From: Halorutilales archaeon Cl-col2-1
Lineage (GTDB): Archaea > Halobacteriota > Halobacteria > Halobacteriales > Afararchaeaceae
Length of the DNA: 64,000 nt
Direction of reading: 5' to 3'
NCBI GenBank assembly: GCA_041891055.1
Contig: CP169074.1
Location: 1,280,001 to 1,344,000 of the forward strand
Of the stretch, positions 1 to 10,486 are shown piece by piece (positions within the stretch are counted from its first letter, which is position 1; the number at the start of each line of letters is the position of its first letter). A program made the position numbers and the translations under genes. The notes below the pieces were generated by a model. That model did no database searches. It had not been told where the DNA came from and saw nothing but the letters and a program-made list of their open reading frames with translations.

Positions 1-1605
1 TGAGGACGCGGAAAAGAAGTATAAGAAAGCAATAAAACATGACCCCGAATACGCCATAGCCTACAACAACTATGGTCTTCTTCTCTATGAGAAGTTAGAC
101 AGACCTGAGGACGCGGAAAAGAAGTATAAGAAAGCAATAAAACATGACCCCGAACACGCCATAGCCTACTACAACTATGGTAATCTTCTCGCTCGGGAGT
201 TAGACAGACCTGAGGACGCGGAAAAGAAGTATAAGAAAGCAATAAAACACGACCCCGAATACGCCATAGCCTACACCAACTATGGTAGTCTTCTCGATGA
301 GAAGTTAGACAGACCTGAGGACGCGGAAAAGAAGTATAAGAAAGCAATAAAACATGACCCCGAATACGCCGATGCCTACAACAACTATGGTAATCTTCTC
401 TATGAGAAGTTAGACAGACCTGAGGACGCGGAAAAGAAGTATAAGAAAGCAATAAAACATGACCCCGAATACGCCATAGCCTACAACAACTATGGTAATC
501 TTCTCTATGAGAAGTTAGACAGACCTGAGGACGCGGAAAAGAAGTATAAGAAAGCAATAAAACACGACCCCGAACACGCCAATGCCTACAACAACTATGG
601 TAGTCTTCTCCATAAGAAGTTAGACAGACCTGAGGACGCGGAAAAGAAGTATAAGAAAGCAATAAAACATGACCCCGAATACGCCATAGCCTACAACAAC
701 TATGGTAATCTTCTCTATGAGAAGTTAGACAGACCTGAGGACGCGGAAAAGAAGTATAAGAAAGCAATAAAACATGACCCCGAACACGCCGAACCCTACA
801 ACAACTATGGTAATCTTCTCGATGAGAAGTTAGACAGACCTGAGGACGCGGAAAAGAAGTTTAAGAAAGCAATAAAACACGACCCCGAACACGCCAATGC
901 CTACAACAACTATGGTATTCTTCTCGATGAGAAGTTAGACAGACCTGAGGACGCGGAAAAGAAGTTTAAGAAAGCAATAAAACACGACCCCGAATACGCC
1001 ATAGCCTACAACAACTATGGTCTTCTTCTCCATAAGAAGTTAGACAGACCTGAGGACGCGGAAAAGAAGTATAAGAAAGCAATAAAACATGACCCCGAAT
1101 ACGCCGATGCCTACAACAACTATGGTAATCTTCTCTATGAGAAGTTAGACAGACCTGAGGACGCGGAAAAGAAGTATAAGAAAGCAATAAAACACGACCC
1201 CGAAAACGCCGATGCCTACAACAACTATGGTAGTCTTCTCGATGAGAAGTTAGACAGACCTGAGGACGCGGAAAAGAAGTATAAGAAAGCAATAAAACAC
1301 GACCCCGAACACGCCAATGCCTACTACAACTATGGTAATCTTCTCTATGAGAAGTTAGACAGACCTGAGGACGCGGAAAAGAAGTATAAGAAAGCAATAA
1401 AACATGACCCCGAATACGCCGATGCCTACAACAACTATGGTAATCTTCTCTATGAGAAGTTAGACAGACCTGAGGACGCGGAAAAGAAGTTTAAGAAAGC
1501 AATAAAACACGACCCCGAATACGCCAATGCCTACAACAACTATGGTAGTCTTCTCCGTAAGAAGTTAGACAGACCTGAGGACGCGGAAAAGAAGTTTAAG
1601 AAAGC
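1..1605 (+). repeat. Coding tandem repeat, 105-bp period, 15 full copies plus a partial copy
   Basis: TGAGGACGCGGAAAAGAAG recurs at 1, 106, 211, ... 1471, 1576. Confidence 0.97.
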
Positions 1606-2215
1606 GATTAATCTATTCAGACAGAAGGGCAAAACTCAGCACCTTCTGGTCAGTCTGCGTGGCTTAGTCAGCCTGTCAATGGAGTTAGGACAATGGGAAA
1701 CAGTAACTGAAAACTGTGAACTTGCTCTCGAAGTACTCGAGGAAGCACCTCAACTCGACCCTGATGGGAGCGAACGCCTGTGGTTCAAGAGCATGAGAGT
1801 ACTGTCGAAAGAAGATACTATCGAGATTTATAGACACGGGCTTGAGAATGTCGAAGCGTCGCAAGGGAATATGGCTTTCCGCCTCTTTGAGCACGCTTGG
1901 GAGAGACGCGACGAACACGTCGATGGTTCACAGTCGTACAGCGCGGCGGTATCGGCGGGCGTCGCACTCGCGGCGCACTTAGATATGGGTGTAAAATCGT
2001 CGCGTACCGTTGACGGAATAATCGCCGAGATAGACGCCGACGACCTGTCAGGATCTCAGAAGGCTGTCTACGACGAAGTCCATCCAGATCGCGAGACGGA
2101 TGTGACGCCTAAGGGTATATTCGAATCTGCCGAACAGTACGAGAGTCTCGGTCTAGATGGAGCGGCTTTTGAGGCTCGGGTCTTCGGAAAGATACTCGGG
2201 GCTTTGAAATCGTGA
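2..2215 (+). CDS. Tetratricopeptide-repeat protein, 5'-partial, with at least 15 near-identical 35-aa TPR units and a unique C-terminal region
   Basis: Frame 2 is open from base 2 and continuous with the track ORF 1679..2215. Unit PEDAEKKYKKAIKHDPEYAIAYNNYGNLLYEKLDR matches the TPR pattern (AY.N.G..L...A...Y.KAI..DP). Confidence 0.92.
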   Translation, partial: EDAEKKYKKAIKHDPEYAIAYNNYGLLLYEKLDRPEDAEKKYKKAIKHDPEHAIAYYNYGNLLARELDRPEDAEKKYKKAIKHDPEYAIAYTNYGSLLDEKLDRPEDAEKKYKKAIKHDPEYADAYNNYGNLLYEKLDRPEDAEKKYKKAIKHDPEYAIAYNNYGNLLYEKLDRPEDAEKKYKKAIKHDPEHANAYNNYGSLLHKKLDRPEDAEKKYKKAIKHDPEYAIAYNNYGNLLYEKLDRPEDAEKKYKKAIKHDPEHAEPYNNYGNLLDEKLDRPEDAEKKFKKAIKHDPEHANAYNNYGILLDEKLDRPEDAEKKFKKAIKHDPEYAIAYNNYGLLLHKKLDRPEDAEKKYKKAIKHDPEYADAYNNYGNLLYEKLDRPEDAEKKYKKAIKHDPENADAYNNYGSLLDEKLDRPEDAEKKYKKAIKHDPEHANAYYNYGNLLYEKLDRPEDAEKKYKKAIKHDPEYADAYNNYGNLLYEKLDRPEDAEKKFKKAIKHDPEYANAYNNYGSLLRKKLDRPEDAEKKFKKAINLFRQKGKTQHLLVSLRGLVSLSMELGQWETVTENCELALEVLEEAPQLDPDGSERLWFKSMRVLSKEDTIEIYRHGLENVEASQGNMAFRLFEHAWERRDEHVDGSQSYSAAVSAGVALAAHLDMGVKSSRTVDGIIAEIDADDLSGSQKAVYDEVHPDRETDVTPKGIFESAEQYESLGLDGAAFEARVFGKILGALKS

Positions 2216-2283
2216 TCTTTCTTCGGCTCGGCTTTGTTTCCGACACGTACAACCGATCACTTTCTGGCTTGTTCTGGATAGTT

Positions 2284-3306
2284 GGCTCCATTGAATCACT
2301 AGACTGCGTCGGTGCGGGTCGGTAAATCAAAGGGGTTGAAGCGGGTAAGTAGTGGCTTGCATGAACCTTACAACCCGCTTCACTGAGGAGATGGTGTCGC
2401 TGGCCAAAAGTTATTGCGACGATCCCGACGAAGCTGCCTCCCCAGAAGGCGGCGGCAGCTTCGCGGAATACGCGATGATTCCCCTCCACAGGCTGCGAAT
2501 TTTCCTCGATGAGACCTACGAGATGATTATCGACCGGCTAGAGGTAATGCCGCCAATTCTGGAGATCGTCGGGCTCAAGACCGACGATCTTCCGCATCCA
2601 TCGACGTTGAATAAGTGCTTGATAGGATCGTAACGCAGGTCTGGCGCGTGCTGCTGCGCCACTCGGCGCAGCTGCACGCCCCATCGCCTCACGTCGCCGT
2701 TGACGCAACGTACTACGAGCGGTCACCGGCGAGCAAGCACTACTGCGACCGCACGAACTACCGCGTTCAGACGGTTGAAGCGACGAAACTCGTCGATACA
2801 GAGACGCAAGCGATCTTAGACGTGCATTGCACGACCACCCGAGAAGGAAGCGACGCAGAGGTCTGTGCGCAACTCGCCCGCCGGTACGCGGGCGAGTTGC
2901 AGACCCTTGCCGCAGACAAGGGCTATGATAGCCAACCGTTGCGTGACACCCTCCGAGAGATGGGCATACGTCCGCTCGTGAAACATCGCGTCTTCGCTCC
3001 GTACGACCACGCGCACAACGCACGAATCGAGGATGATCTCTACAATCAGCGCTCAATGACGGAGACAGTGAACTCGTCGGTCAAGCGCTCGTACGGCTCT
3101 GCCGTCCGAGCGCGTGAATGGTACCGTGAGTTCCGTGAGATCGTCCTGATGTGTCTCGTCTACAACATTGAAGGTGCTATTTCCTCTCCTACCTGCCAAC
3201 TTTGAGTGATTGAGTCGAATTCTCCTCGAAACTCCCCAATCAAAGCTGGGAGAGCTATCACAAGGTAGTAAGCAATTCCGCTTCACTCTGCGGATTCAAT
3301 AGGGCC
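2284..3306 (+). mobile_element. IS5-family (haloarchaeal ISH1/ISH9-like) insertion sequence
   Basis: Imperfect TIRs GGCTCCATTGAATC (2284) and GATTCAATAGGGCC (ending 3306) enclose a DDE transposase. Confidence 0.85.
2361..3205 (+). pseudogene. IS5 transposase, frameshifted near 2620, with ~100 bp foreign insert near the 3' end
   Basis: Two overlapping frames (2352..2633, 2615..3205) carry VDAT, ADKGYD and QRSMTETVNS motifs. The expected YNIK end is interrupted at ~3168-3269. Confidence 0.85.
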
Positions 3307-3715
3307 GAATACTGATACTTGGCAAGAGAACATTTATTGCGAGATACCCAGCGATTATGGCAGCAATAACCCAGACTGGCGGGCCGAGGAAGGACAGTTT
3401 CGGGATATCCCAGTCACGCCCATCCTTTTATAGACTTCATAGAAGTATCTCTTGTCGAAGTCCATCCCGTTTGCGATGACTATCCTTTCGGTGCTGTCAC
3501 TCCCCTCATCGTCTGATGTTTTTCCTCTGGCACAATTATACAAATTTATATATACATAAAAATTTCCGCTGTTCTATCTAATTCTGACATTAGGAATAAC
3601 CGATACCCCCATTAAGTGTTTGATGTCAAGATAGTAGATATAGCGATTTTCTTTTATTCGTAACTTATGCACACTCGCTGTTAAGCTAAGTTAACTAACT
3701 GATGATAATATATAA

Positions 3716-3991
3716 TTGGGAGGAATTAAAAGTAAAATTATGCCGACTAAATCAGGAGGATCACATGCCCTAGCAAGCTTTGTCAGTATTCTAATGGGTG
3801 GAGTATTGGAGTCTTATCTGAGTATTCATGCTCCAGTTATTCATGGAATAACAGAGAAGTTTGGCTCATTTCTTATAGAACAAACGGGGTTACCAGTTAC
3901 TGAAAGAATTGCTGGCATACTGCTTATTACTATTATTCTATCTTTTATATGGGGTTTCTTTTATCATATAGGACGTCATGGTGGAAAATAG
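3716..3991 (+). CDS. Small membrane protein (about 2 TM helices); real start may be the ATG at 3740
   Basis: Two hydrophobic stretches; first gene of a co-oriented run. Confidence 0.65.
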   Translation: MGGIKSKIMPTKSGGSHALASFVSILMGGVLESYLSIHAPVIHGITEKFGSFLIEQTGLPVTERIAGILLITIILSFIWGFFYHIGRHGGK

Positions 3992-4036
3992 ATTAAGATT
4001 AATATTATGATGAATGAGCAAAGACTCTGAGAAGAT

Positions 4037-4381
4037 ATGACACAGAAAGACCCGAACCGGACAGTGGAAATTAACGAATACGGTGAATTTGATCTGCCAG
4101 AAGAGTTTGCAGAAGCTGAGGACTTCACTATACGATCTCCAGATCATACTCTCGATGTTGTAGATGGTGAGTCTATCAAAAAAGGGATATTTAGACCACC
4201 TCCAATTAATAAGCAAGAAGAAGTTCTAAACCCATCACTATCCCCTGATCTCGTATCTATTAAAATAGACGAAGGCGACCATGAGCCAATTCTTTTCAGG
4301 GTCGAAAATGCAAATGAATTGGATCCTGAGATTCTATCAGGCAAGATCAACGAAGAGATATTGAAAAAAGACAGGTCTTAG
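4037..4381 (+). CDS. Hypothetical acidic protein
   Basis: 114-aa ORF with halophilic D/E-rich composition, co-oriented with neighbours. Confidence 0.65.
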   Translation: MTQKDPNRTVEINEYGEFDLPEEFAEAEDFTIRSPDHTLDVVDGESIKKGIFRPPPINKQEEVLNPSLSPDLVSIKIDEGDHEPILFRVENANELDPEILSGKINEEILKKDRS

Positions 4382-4442
4382 TTCTACTTACTCCAGAATT
4401 TCAGGGATAGTATTATTATGGCTAGTACTGTAATAGTCATTA

Positions 4443-4946
4443 ATGGGGCACCGTATACCAAATAGTAATCGAGTTGAAAGTGACGATATAAAGCCTGGTG
4501 CGGATCTTAGCGGCTTAGATCTCAGTTATTCAAAATTACGTGACGCAGAATTGAGGGGAGCAGACTTAAGAGAAGCTAACCTCAAATGTGCAGACTTGAG
4601 AGAAGCTAATCTAAAAGATGCTGATATGCGTGAGGCAGATATGAAAGAAATAGATCTTAGGGAAGCAAGCTTATATAAGGCTGATCTCCGAGAAGCAGAT
4701 CTATATAAAGCTGACCTCCGAGAAGCAGATCTATACAAAGCTGATCTTAGCGAAGCAGATCCTTATGAAGCCGATATTAGGGAAGCGGATTTAACTGGCG
4801 TTGACTTAACTGATGCTACTCTTTGGGAAGCAAATCTCAGTGAAAGTGATCTCCACAAAGCCCACTTGAGAGATGCGAACTTGAGTGGGGTCAAACTCAC
4901 AGGTGCAAACTTTGATGAATCAGAGATACCTGATGAGGTACTCTAA
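4443..4946 (+). CDS. Pentapeptide-repeat protein
   Basis: Continuous A(D/N)Lxx repeats (ADLRE, ANLKD, ADLYK). Confidence 0.92.
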   Translation: MGHRIPNSNRVESDDIKPGADLSGLDLSYSKLRDAELRGADLREANLKCADLREANLKDADMREADMKEIDLREASLYKADLREADLYKADLREADLYKADLSEADPYEADIREADLTGVDLTDATLWEANLSESDLHKAHLRDANLSGVKLTGANFDESEIPDEVL

Positions 4947-4985
4947 GTTACTAAGTCGGTAAATTAATAAAGAAGTGAGATAACC

Positions 4986-5654
4986 GTGATGGATATGAAG
5001 GCAAGGAAAAAAAGAGTAGCAAGGGGTAGTATTTCTTTATTCTTGGTTATACTAGTTGTTTTCACTGTACTACCGATAGCATCTGCAGAGATGGATATTT
5101 CGTCTCAGACTGAGTATTCAGGTGGTGAAGAAGAATCAAACCAAGTCATAGAAACAGAAGTCACTATCTCTCCTGTTGGAAACAGAATAACTAATGCTAC
5201 AGTAGAAGTTGACCAAACCTCAAAGTCTTTCGTCGATTTTAATACATTCTCTGTTTCCGTTGACCCGGCAGGTGTTGAAGGGAGAGTAGATTCGTTAGGA
5301 AACGGAGAGTTTCAAATATCTGAACTTAGAACTGGAGAGCAAGTCACATTATCATATGAAGCATATCCTCGAAGTATAAAGAGCAGATCAGTTCCGGTCA
5401 GTACAGTAGACGTACAGTATGTACAAAGAGGACAGGATCTCTCAGAGGGAGCTACCATTGAGGCGAATCTTTCCTCATCACCTTGGTTCAGATTACAGGA
5501 AACACAAGAAGATCTTAACGACGTGAGATCTAATTCTACTAACTCCAAATGGATATTTATAGGAGGAGCAGTACTAGGTGTGATTGGGTTGTTATTAGCA
5601 GTAGCAGCAGCATTAAAATGTAGAGAGGGTATCAACGGAAGGGGAGGGATATAA
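4986..5654 (+). CDS. Secreted, C-terminally membrane-anchored beta-rich (Ig-like) protein
   Basis: Basic N-terminus, hydrophobic signal ending ASA, beta-strand-like body, C-terminal TM helix. Confidence 0.75.
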   Translation: MMDMKARKKRVARGSISLFLVILVVFTVLPIASAEMDISSQTEYSGGEEESNQVIETEVTISPVGNRITNATVEVDQTSKSFVDFNTFSVSVDPAGVEGRVDSLGNGEFQISELRTGEQVTLSYEAYPRSIKSRSVPVSTVDVQYVQRGQDLSEGATIEANLSSSPWFRLQETQEDLNDVRSNSTNSKWIFIGGAVLGVIGLLLAVAAALKCREGINGRGGI

Positions 5655-5692
5655 TATGCAATTACTCTCATACGAAGAAGACATAAAACGAA

Positions 5693-5879
5693 GGCATTGG
5701 TGAATCAGCATACAGAGTAGATTCTAGTAATGACGAGAAAGTATACAGAATTCTCCAAACCGTCTATTTGAGTTTTCATCCAGGTTATCAGCTAAGATAG
5801 GTGGTTTCAGACGAGTTTAGCTCATAATTAGGTACTTAATCACTCCAATACCGATGACTCCTAATCATTCAACAAAGCC
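5693..5879. mobile_element. MITE with IS5-type ends
   Basis: TIRs GGCATTGGTGAATC / CATTCAACAAAGCC; 8-bp target duplication AAAACGAA at 5685-5692 and 5880-5887; no ORF. Confidence 0.85.
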
Positions 5880-5945
5880 AAAACGAAGGAACACCCGTCG
5901 TTAATTATTTATCAATTAAACCTGTGTATTACTCTCAAAGAAAAG

Positions 5946-8861
5946 ATGAGTTATAAAAAAACTGACCCAACAGTAGTAATAGGTCTTGGGGGGGCCGGTT
6001 CCGGCATGGTTGCTGATGTAAGAGATCTTATCAGAAATGAAGTTATAAAAGGAGACAAAGAAATCGATAATAGGTTTCAGTATATAATTATTGATAGCGA
6101 TGATGAAAATCTAGACAAGATAGACACTAAAGCTGACGACGTGTCACGTATAAATATAGATAAAGGTACTATTGAAAGTGATATAGCAAGGCAGTCAATA
6201 GAAGAAGAAGAATACCATTATCTTCCGGAGGACAGTGATATAGAAGCTAGCCATTTAACAGGAAAGACTGGAACAGGGCAGCGTAGACCTGTTGGTAGAT
6301 ATTGTCTCCATTATAATCAAATACATGGTCAGGATAGTATACGCGAGAAGTTGTCTCAACGAATAGAAGGCTCCATAGAGAGCCTAATGGAGAACGTAGG
6401 AGATGAAAGTGTCAGCGATAACAATGCTCGTATCTGGATTCTGAATTCACTTTCTGGCGGTACAGGAAGTGGTATGTTTATCGATATAGCTGGAATGGTA
6501 AATGAGATAGTTGAAGGTGGTTTTGAGCCTGCTCCAAACACTATTACTTCCGGTGATTTTTCAATCATGGGAGTTGGTTCCCTGAATAAATGGGGGACAG
6601 GAGATATAAAGCAAGATTATATTGAAAATGGTTATACCGCTCTTGAGGACATAAAAAAGACAGTGGCAGGGAGCGACGGGGATGTTAAGCTTAGAATACC
6701 CGTTAATCAAGAAGATATCAAAGTACACGACTACCTCTTCGACGAGTATTTCTTACAGCCCATAAACTTTGACAAGGATTATAATAGCACAAAAGCTCCT
6801 GAATATAGAAGACAGCGTAATCGGGTTATAGGATCTTTAATACTCTCCTATGCCATCAGCTCTTCAACAGAAGATATAGCTGCTGATTTCAATAGTGATA
6901 GAGATTACAATATAAACTGGCTAACCGGATATGAAGTAAAAGCTCCAATGTCGGGTATCTATATGTACTCTTCTATGGAAAGTGCTATTGAGAGCGGGAA
7001 AACTCAAGTAGAGAAGGTAGATAAATCGATATCTGCCTATGAATCAGATATCAGTGATATATCTAATGCGATGGATGTCTCAGTACACGGCCCTCAAGGA
7101 AACGAAGACCAGGATATTGAGAAGAAAGATAATGACTGGAGAGCAAGAATAGAGGACGTTTTAGCAAACGCCGATGGGGATTCTAAAGTAGCTGCTGATT
7201 CTTCCGAGATCTCCATGGATACCAGTGACTGGAGTCCTCATTTAAGAAAGAAATTAGACCAGGTAATAGAGTATGCGAGAAAAGAAATATCTCATCTAGG
7301 TGGCGACTCAGACAAGGAAGACATCAATGAAGCAAAAAAACGTGTGGTAAAGGAAACGAGAATCTCTGGGGCAGATAACCAAAACACAGATGATCTTTAC
7401 TACGAAGGGGGGAAAGAAGAGGACGCTATAGCTGAGTATCTCTTTTTACAATTAGCTGCTAGACATATAGCGGAGAATCTGACTGCACACGAGATCTATG
7501 AATACTTACCTCCAGAAGCAGAGTGGGTTGATGAGTTACATAATACAGTTGCTGGAGAGAAACTAGGTAACAAGCCTAGCTATCAGATACTTGGACCTAT
7601 GCGTCAAGCCGAAGAGATAGGGGAAGAATTCTGGGAGTATTATAAAGAGAATAACCCTCGTGGTATTGGAATACTTACCTCATACATAGGGATACCGTTC
7701 ACTAACCTCGGTACGGGAACTTGGAAAAGGAGGAAAATCTGCAACCGCCTTAAAGCATGGCTACAGACTATGTATAAATCGGAAGACGGGGAGATATCGC
7801 CAACAGATGAGAAATACTATTCAGGTTCGCTGCGTGACTACCATGAACTCTATACTGCATATAAAGGAATAGTCAGTGATATGGAAGAATCCTACGAAAA
7901 GGTTGGAAGTATAAAGAAAGAATACAATAATATAATAGATATTTTAGAAAGAGTGAAGAATAGAATAGAGACTGACCTTGACAGATACGAATCAAGAAAG
8001 GAGAAAGTAGAGGAAAGCATCACCTCTAATGAAGTGGAACCATTTGCTAATAACAGGCATGCTGCTTCTGTAGACTTACCTGTGAATATAGAGAATATAG
8101 ATCAAAATGTGAAAAAAACGTCTAGAAAATACTTTGAAGAGTATGAGGGCGTGAAGAAAGCAGTAATTAGGAAGTATAATCTCTCTGAGGACAGCATAGA
8201 AGACTTAGGTATAACGAAAGAGTATGATCTGGACTTGGAAGAAGGGGAGATTAACCCAGACAGGTATGATCTTGGTGGATCCGTGAGTATTGATTGGGAG
8301 TTTGATACAGCTAATACGAAGAGAAGCATATACAGACTGTATAGTGAGTTTGATCTCTTTGACGAGATTGATATATCTCAATCATTCAACAGGGCTATGA
8401 ATGGGGTTAGTAACTTTGACATGTCAGATATAAATGATGCTCTCAATCCTGATCAAACGACAGAGAAAATGATGTTACAATGGGAGGAAGATAACAGGAA
8501 CCTTGCAGAAGATATTACTGCAGGCAATCAACCACTTGAAGATACAATAAATAAATTAGACTATGGTGAGATTCTTATGAGAGATCCGTATCGTGTCTGG
8601 ATGACAGTTGCATATTCAGGTCTTGACGAGCTAGAATACATGAGTGAATACATGCGTATTAGAGCATTATATACAAATATGGATGAAAATGATCTTGATA
8701 TAGAGTTAGATCTAGAAGATGATCTCTCTGACCTTGGATTAGATAAAAAAGGAGTATCAGAAGCGTTCGCGTATCCTGAACTACATGCTGAAGACAACGA
8801 TCTTTTAGAAAGTATGTTGGATATTCACTCAACTAATTGGATAGAGGAAAATGGAGTATGA
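5946..8861 (+). CDS. Tubulin/FtsZ-like GTPase (Tubulin_2 / FtsZl1 type) with long coiled-coil C-terminal extension
   Basis: VVIGLGGAG, IIIDSD, GTGQRRPVGR and the tubulin signature SLSGGTGSG. Confidence 0.85.
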   Translation: MSYKKTDPTVVIGLGGAGSGMVADVRDLIRNEVIKGDKEIDNRFQYIIIDSDDENLDKIDTKADDVSRINIDKGTIESDIARQSIEEEEYHYLPEDSDIEASHLTGKTGTGQRRPVGRYCLHYNQIHGQDSIREKLSQRIEGSIESLMENVGDESVSDNNARIWILNSLSGGTGSGMFIDIAGMVNEIVEGGFEPAPNTITSGDFSIMGVGSLNKWGTGDIKQDYIENGYTALEDIKKTVAGSDGDVKLRIPVNQEDIKVHDYLFDEYFLQPINFDKDYNSTKAPEYRRQRNRVIGSLILSYAISSSTEDIAADFNSDRDYNINWLTGYEVKAPMSGIYMYSSMESAIESGKTQVEKVDKSISAYESDISDISNAMDVSVHGPQGNEDQDIEKKDNDWRARIEDVLANADGDSKVAADSSEISMDTSDWSPHLRKKLDQVIEYARKEISHLGGDSDKEDINEAKKRVVKETRISGADNQNTDDLYYEGGKEEDAIAEYLFLQLAARHIAENLTAHEIYEYLPPEAEWVDELHNTVAGEKLGNKPSYQILGPMRQAEEIGEEFWEYYKENNPRGIGILTSYIGIPFTNLGTGTWKRRKICNRLKAWLQTMYKSEDGEISPTDEKYYSGSLRDYHELYTAYKGIVSDMEESYEKVGSIKKEYNNIIDILERVKNRIETDLDRYESRKEKVEESITSNEVEPFANNRHAASVDLPVNIENIDQNVKKTSRKYFEEYEGVKKAVIRKYNLSEDSIEDLGITKEYDLDLEEGEINPDRYDLGGSVSIDWEFDTANTKRSIYRLYSEFDLFDEIDISQSFNRAMNGVSNFDMSDINDALNPDQTTEKMMLQWEEDNRNLAEDITAGNQPLEDTINKLDYGEILMRDPYRVWMTVAYSGLDELEYMSEYMRIRALYTNMDENDLDIELDLEDDLSDLGLDKKGVSEAFAYPELHAEDNDLLESMLDIHSTNWIEENGV

Positions 8862-10486
8862 ATATGCCTGCTAAGAAAAAACCAAACTCACACACTATAG
8901 CGATAGGAGTAGGAGAATCCGGATGTCAAGTAGCATCACATCTGAGAAGTCTAAGTCGTAAAGATGGCTCTGAAGGGCATTTTCGCACTCTAGGTATATA
9001 TTCTGAAAGAGAAGAAATAGAAGAGATCAGTAAAGAAAAGTTAGACGACAGTGTCCGTCTAACGAAGCCAGATATAGAGGGAGAGGAGAGTTCCACTCTT
9101 TTAGATTCGAATCTCTCTGAAAGGATTGGGGAAGACAAAGCCGATGAAAGGATATCTGGAAGATTTTATATTGACTCTCAGGAGAACTTCCTCGACGTAT
9201 ATAGCTTGATAAACTCCGCCATAGAGGAATCAGTCTCAAAGTACAAGTATGATCTAGAGCAGGAAGTAGAAAGATACGATATATGGATTCTGAGCTCTTT
9301 AGATGAAGCATTTGGAAGCGGGGCGTTTCCTATAGTAGGTGCTATAGCTGACCACATATTCGATAATATAATGCAGGACGTGGAGAGAAATGATGCCAAT
9401 ATCTTTGGTATTGGCACATTCCCATGGAAGAGGGTTGACATAGAGAAATATATTTTCGAGAAGAATGTGGTTCCAGAGCAGGTGAACTCATATACAGCAC
9501 TTAAAGATATCGAGATACTAACTGACAAAGATAAACAACATCAGATAGATGTTCTTTCTTCCGAGGGTCATTCAGGAGGTGTGCCTGACGAACTCAGAGG
9601 AGGAGGTTCCTTCGATAATTACTTCCTCCAGCCAGCAGATAGAGGGAAAATCTGGAACGAAAACGAGAGAGAATTTACGAAAGACCTACAGATATCTGCT
9701 GCTGTTCTTCCTCTTTATCTCTCGAAATTAGATGGAAATGACAGCGATCATAGCTTGGAGGAATTGGAAGTAAACAACGGAGGGTATCAATCGTTTAGAA
9801 GCGTAGAAATAAAGATACCATACGAAAAGATTAACAAGTATATTAATCTAGATGAAAGGTCAGATGAGAAAGAGAGAGCGAAAATACGTAAGGAGTTCCA
9901 TTCTTTCAAGAGAAGAAAAAGACGTATACCGCTCCCAATAAAAAATCCAGAAGAAAAATTGAAGTCTTTTGAAAAAGATGAGAAAGACAATGGTAAAATT
10001 ACATTAAAAAGTCTTATTGATGAGGGAGTTATTTCCAGGGAGCATATTCAGAAAGCCCGAGATATAGCCCTTGGTGATATACTTTCTTCTGAGCCCTTAC
10101 TTGATATAGATACCGAATCCGGATATGAACAAAACTCATATATCGGATACCTCAGAAGTGAGAATAACTCTGATATTCTTAAAGGTAATGACAGCAGCTA
10201 TGCAGTTCTAATGAATGAATACGATGGCAATGTAGACGCAGAAATAGGAGAAGAACGTGGTATATGGCTCGTAGGGACGTACCCCTGTCCTGATTTAGAT
10301 CATGTAAGTGAATTCAGGAGAATAGATGATAGATACTCTGAAAAAGAAAAAGACCTAACGGAGCTGTTTGGTGATGTCCACGAAGGTGAAATAACTGATG
10401 AGTATGTTACTGAAAGATTTGCATATCCTGAATTCTACTATGAGAACGAACTATTTGAGAAAAGAATGAAAGATAAATTCTACTGA
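8858..10486 (+). CDS. Second tubulin-like paralogue with degenerate GTP-binding signature
   Basis: IAIGVGESG, but SLDEAFGSG replaces GGGTGSG. Shares the C-terminal FAYPE motif with the upstream gene; ATGA overlap at 8858-8861. Confidence 0.75.
   Translation: MNMPAKKKPNSHTIAIGVGESGCQVASHLRSLSRKDGSEGHFRTLGIYSEREEIEEISKEKLDDSVRLTKPDIEGEESSTLLDSNLSERIGEDKADERISGRFYIDSQENFLDVYSLINSAIEESVSKYKYDLEQEVERYDIWILSSLDEAFGSGAFPIVGAIADHIFDNIMQDVERNDANIFGIGTFPWKRVDIEKYIFEKNVVPEQVNSYTALKDIEILTDKDKQHQIDVLSSEGHSGGVPDELRGGGSFDNYFLQPADRGKIWNENEREFTKDLQISAAVLPLYLSKLDGNDSDHSLEELEVNNGGYQSFRSVEIKIPYEKINKYINLDERSDEKERAKIRKEFHSFKRRKRRIPLPIKNPEEKLKSFEKDEKDNGKITLKSLIDEGVISREHIQKARDIALGDILSSEPLLDIDTESGYEQNSYIGYLRSENNSDILKGNDSSYAVLMNEYDGNVDAEIGEERGIWLVGTYPCPDLDHVSEFRRIDDRYSEKEKDLTELFGDVHEGEITDEYVTERFAYPEFYYENELFEKRMKDKFY

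Noticed and set aside
966-1397. Minus-strand repetitive 143-aa ORF
   Set aside because: Antisense shadow of the TPR repeats.
1-1605. CRISPR array
   Set aside because: There are no unique spacers; the 105-bp period is in-frame TPR coding sequence.
1-1605. DGR-type adenine mutagenesis (many variant codons could derive from AAY/AAG)
   Set aside because: Most adenines in the unit are invariant, some changes are not at A, and no reverse transcriptase is in the window.
3355-3543. 62-aa minus-strand ORF
   Set aside because: No recognisable motif; it lies next to an IS end and is probably a remnant.
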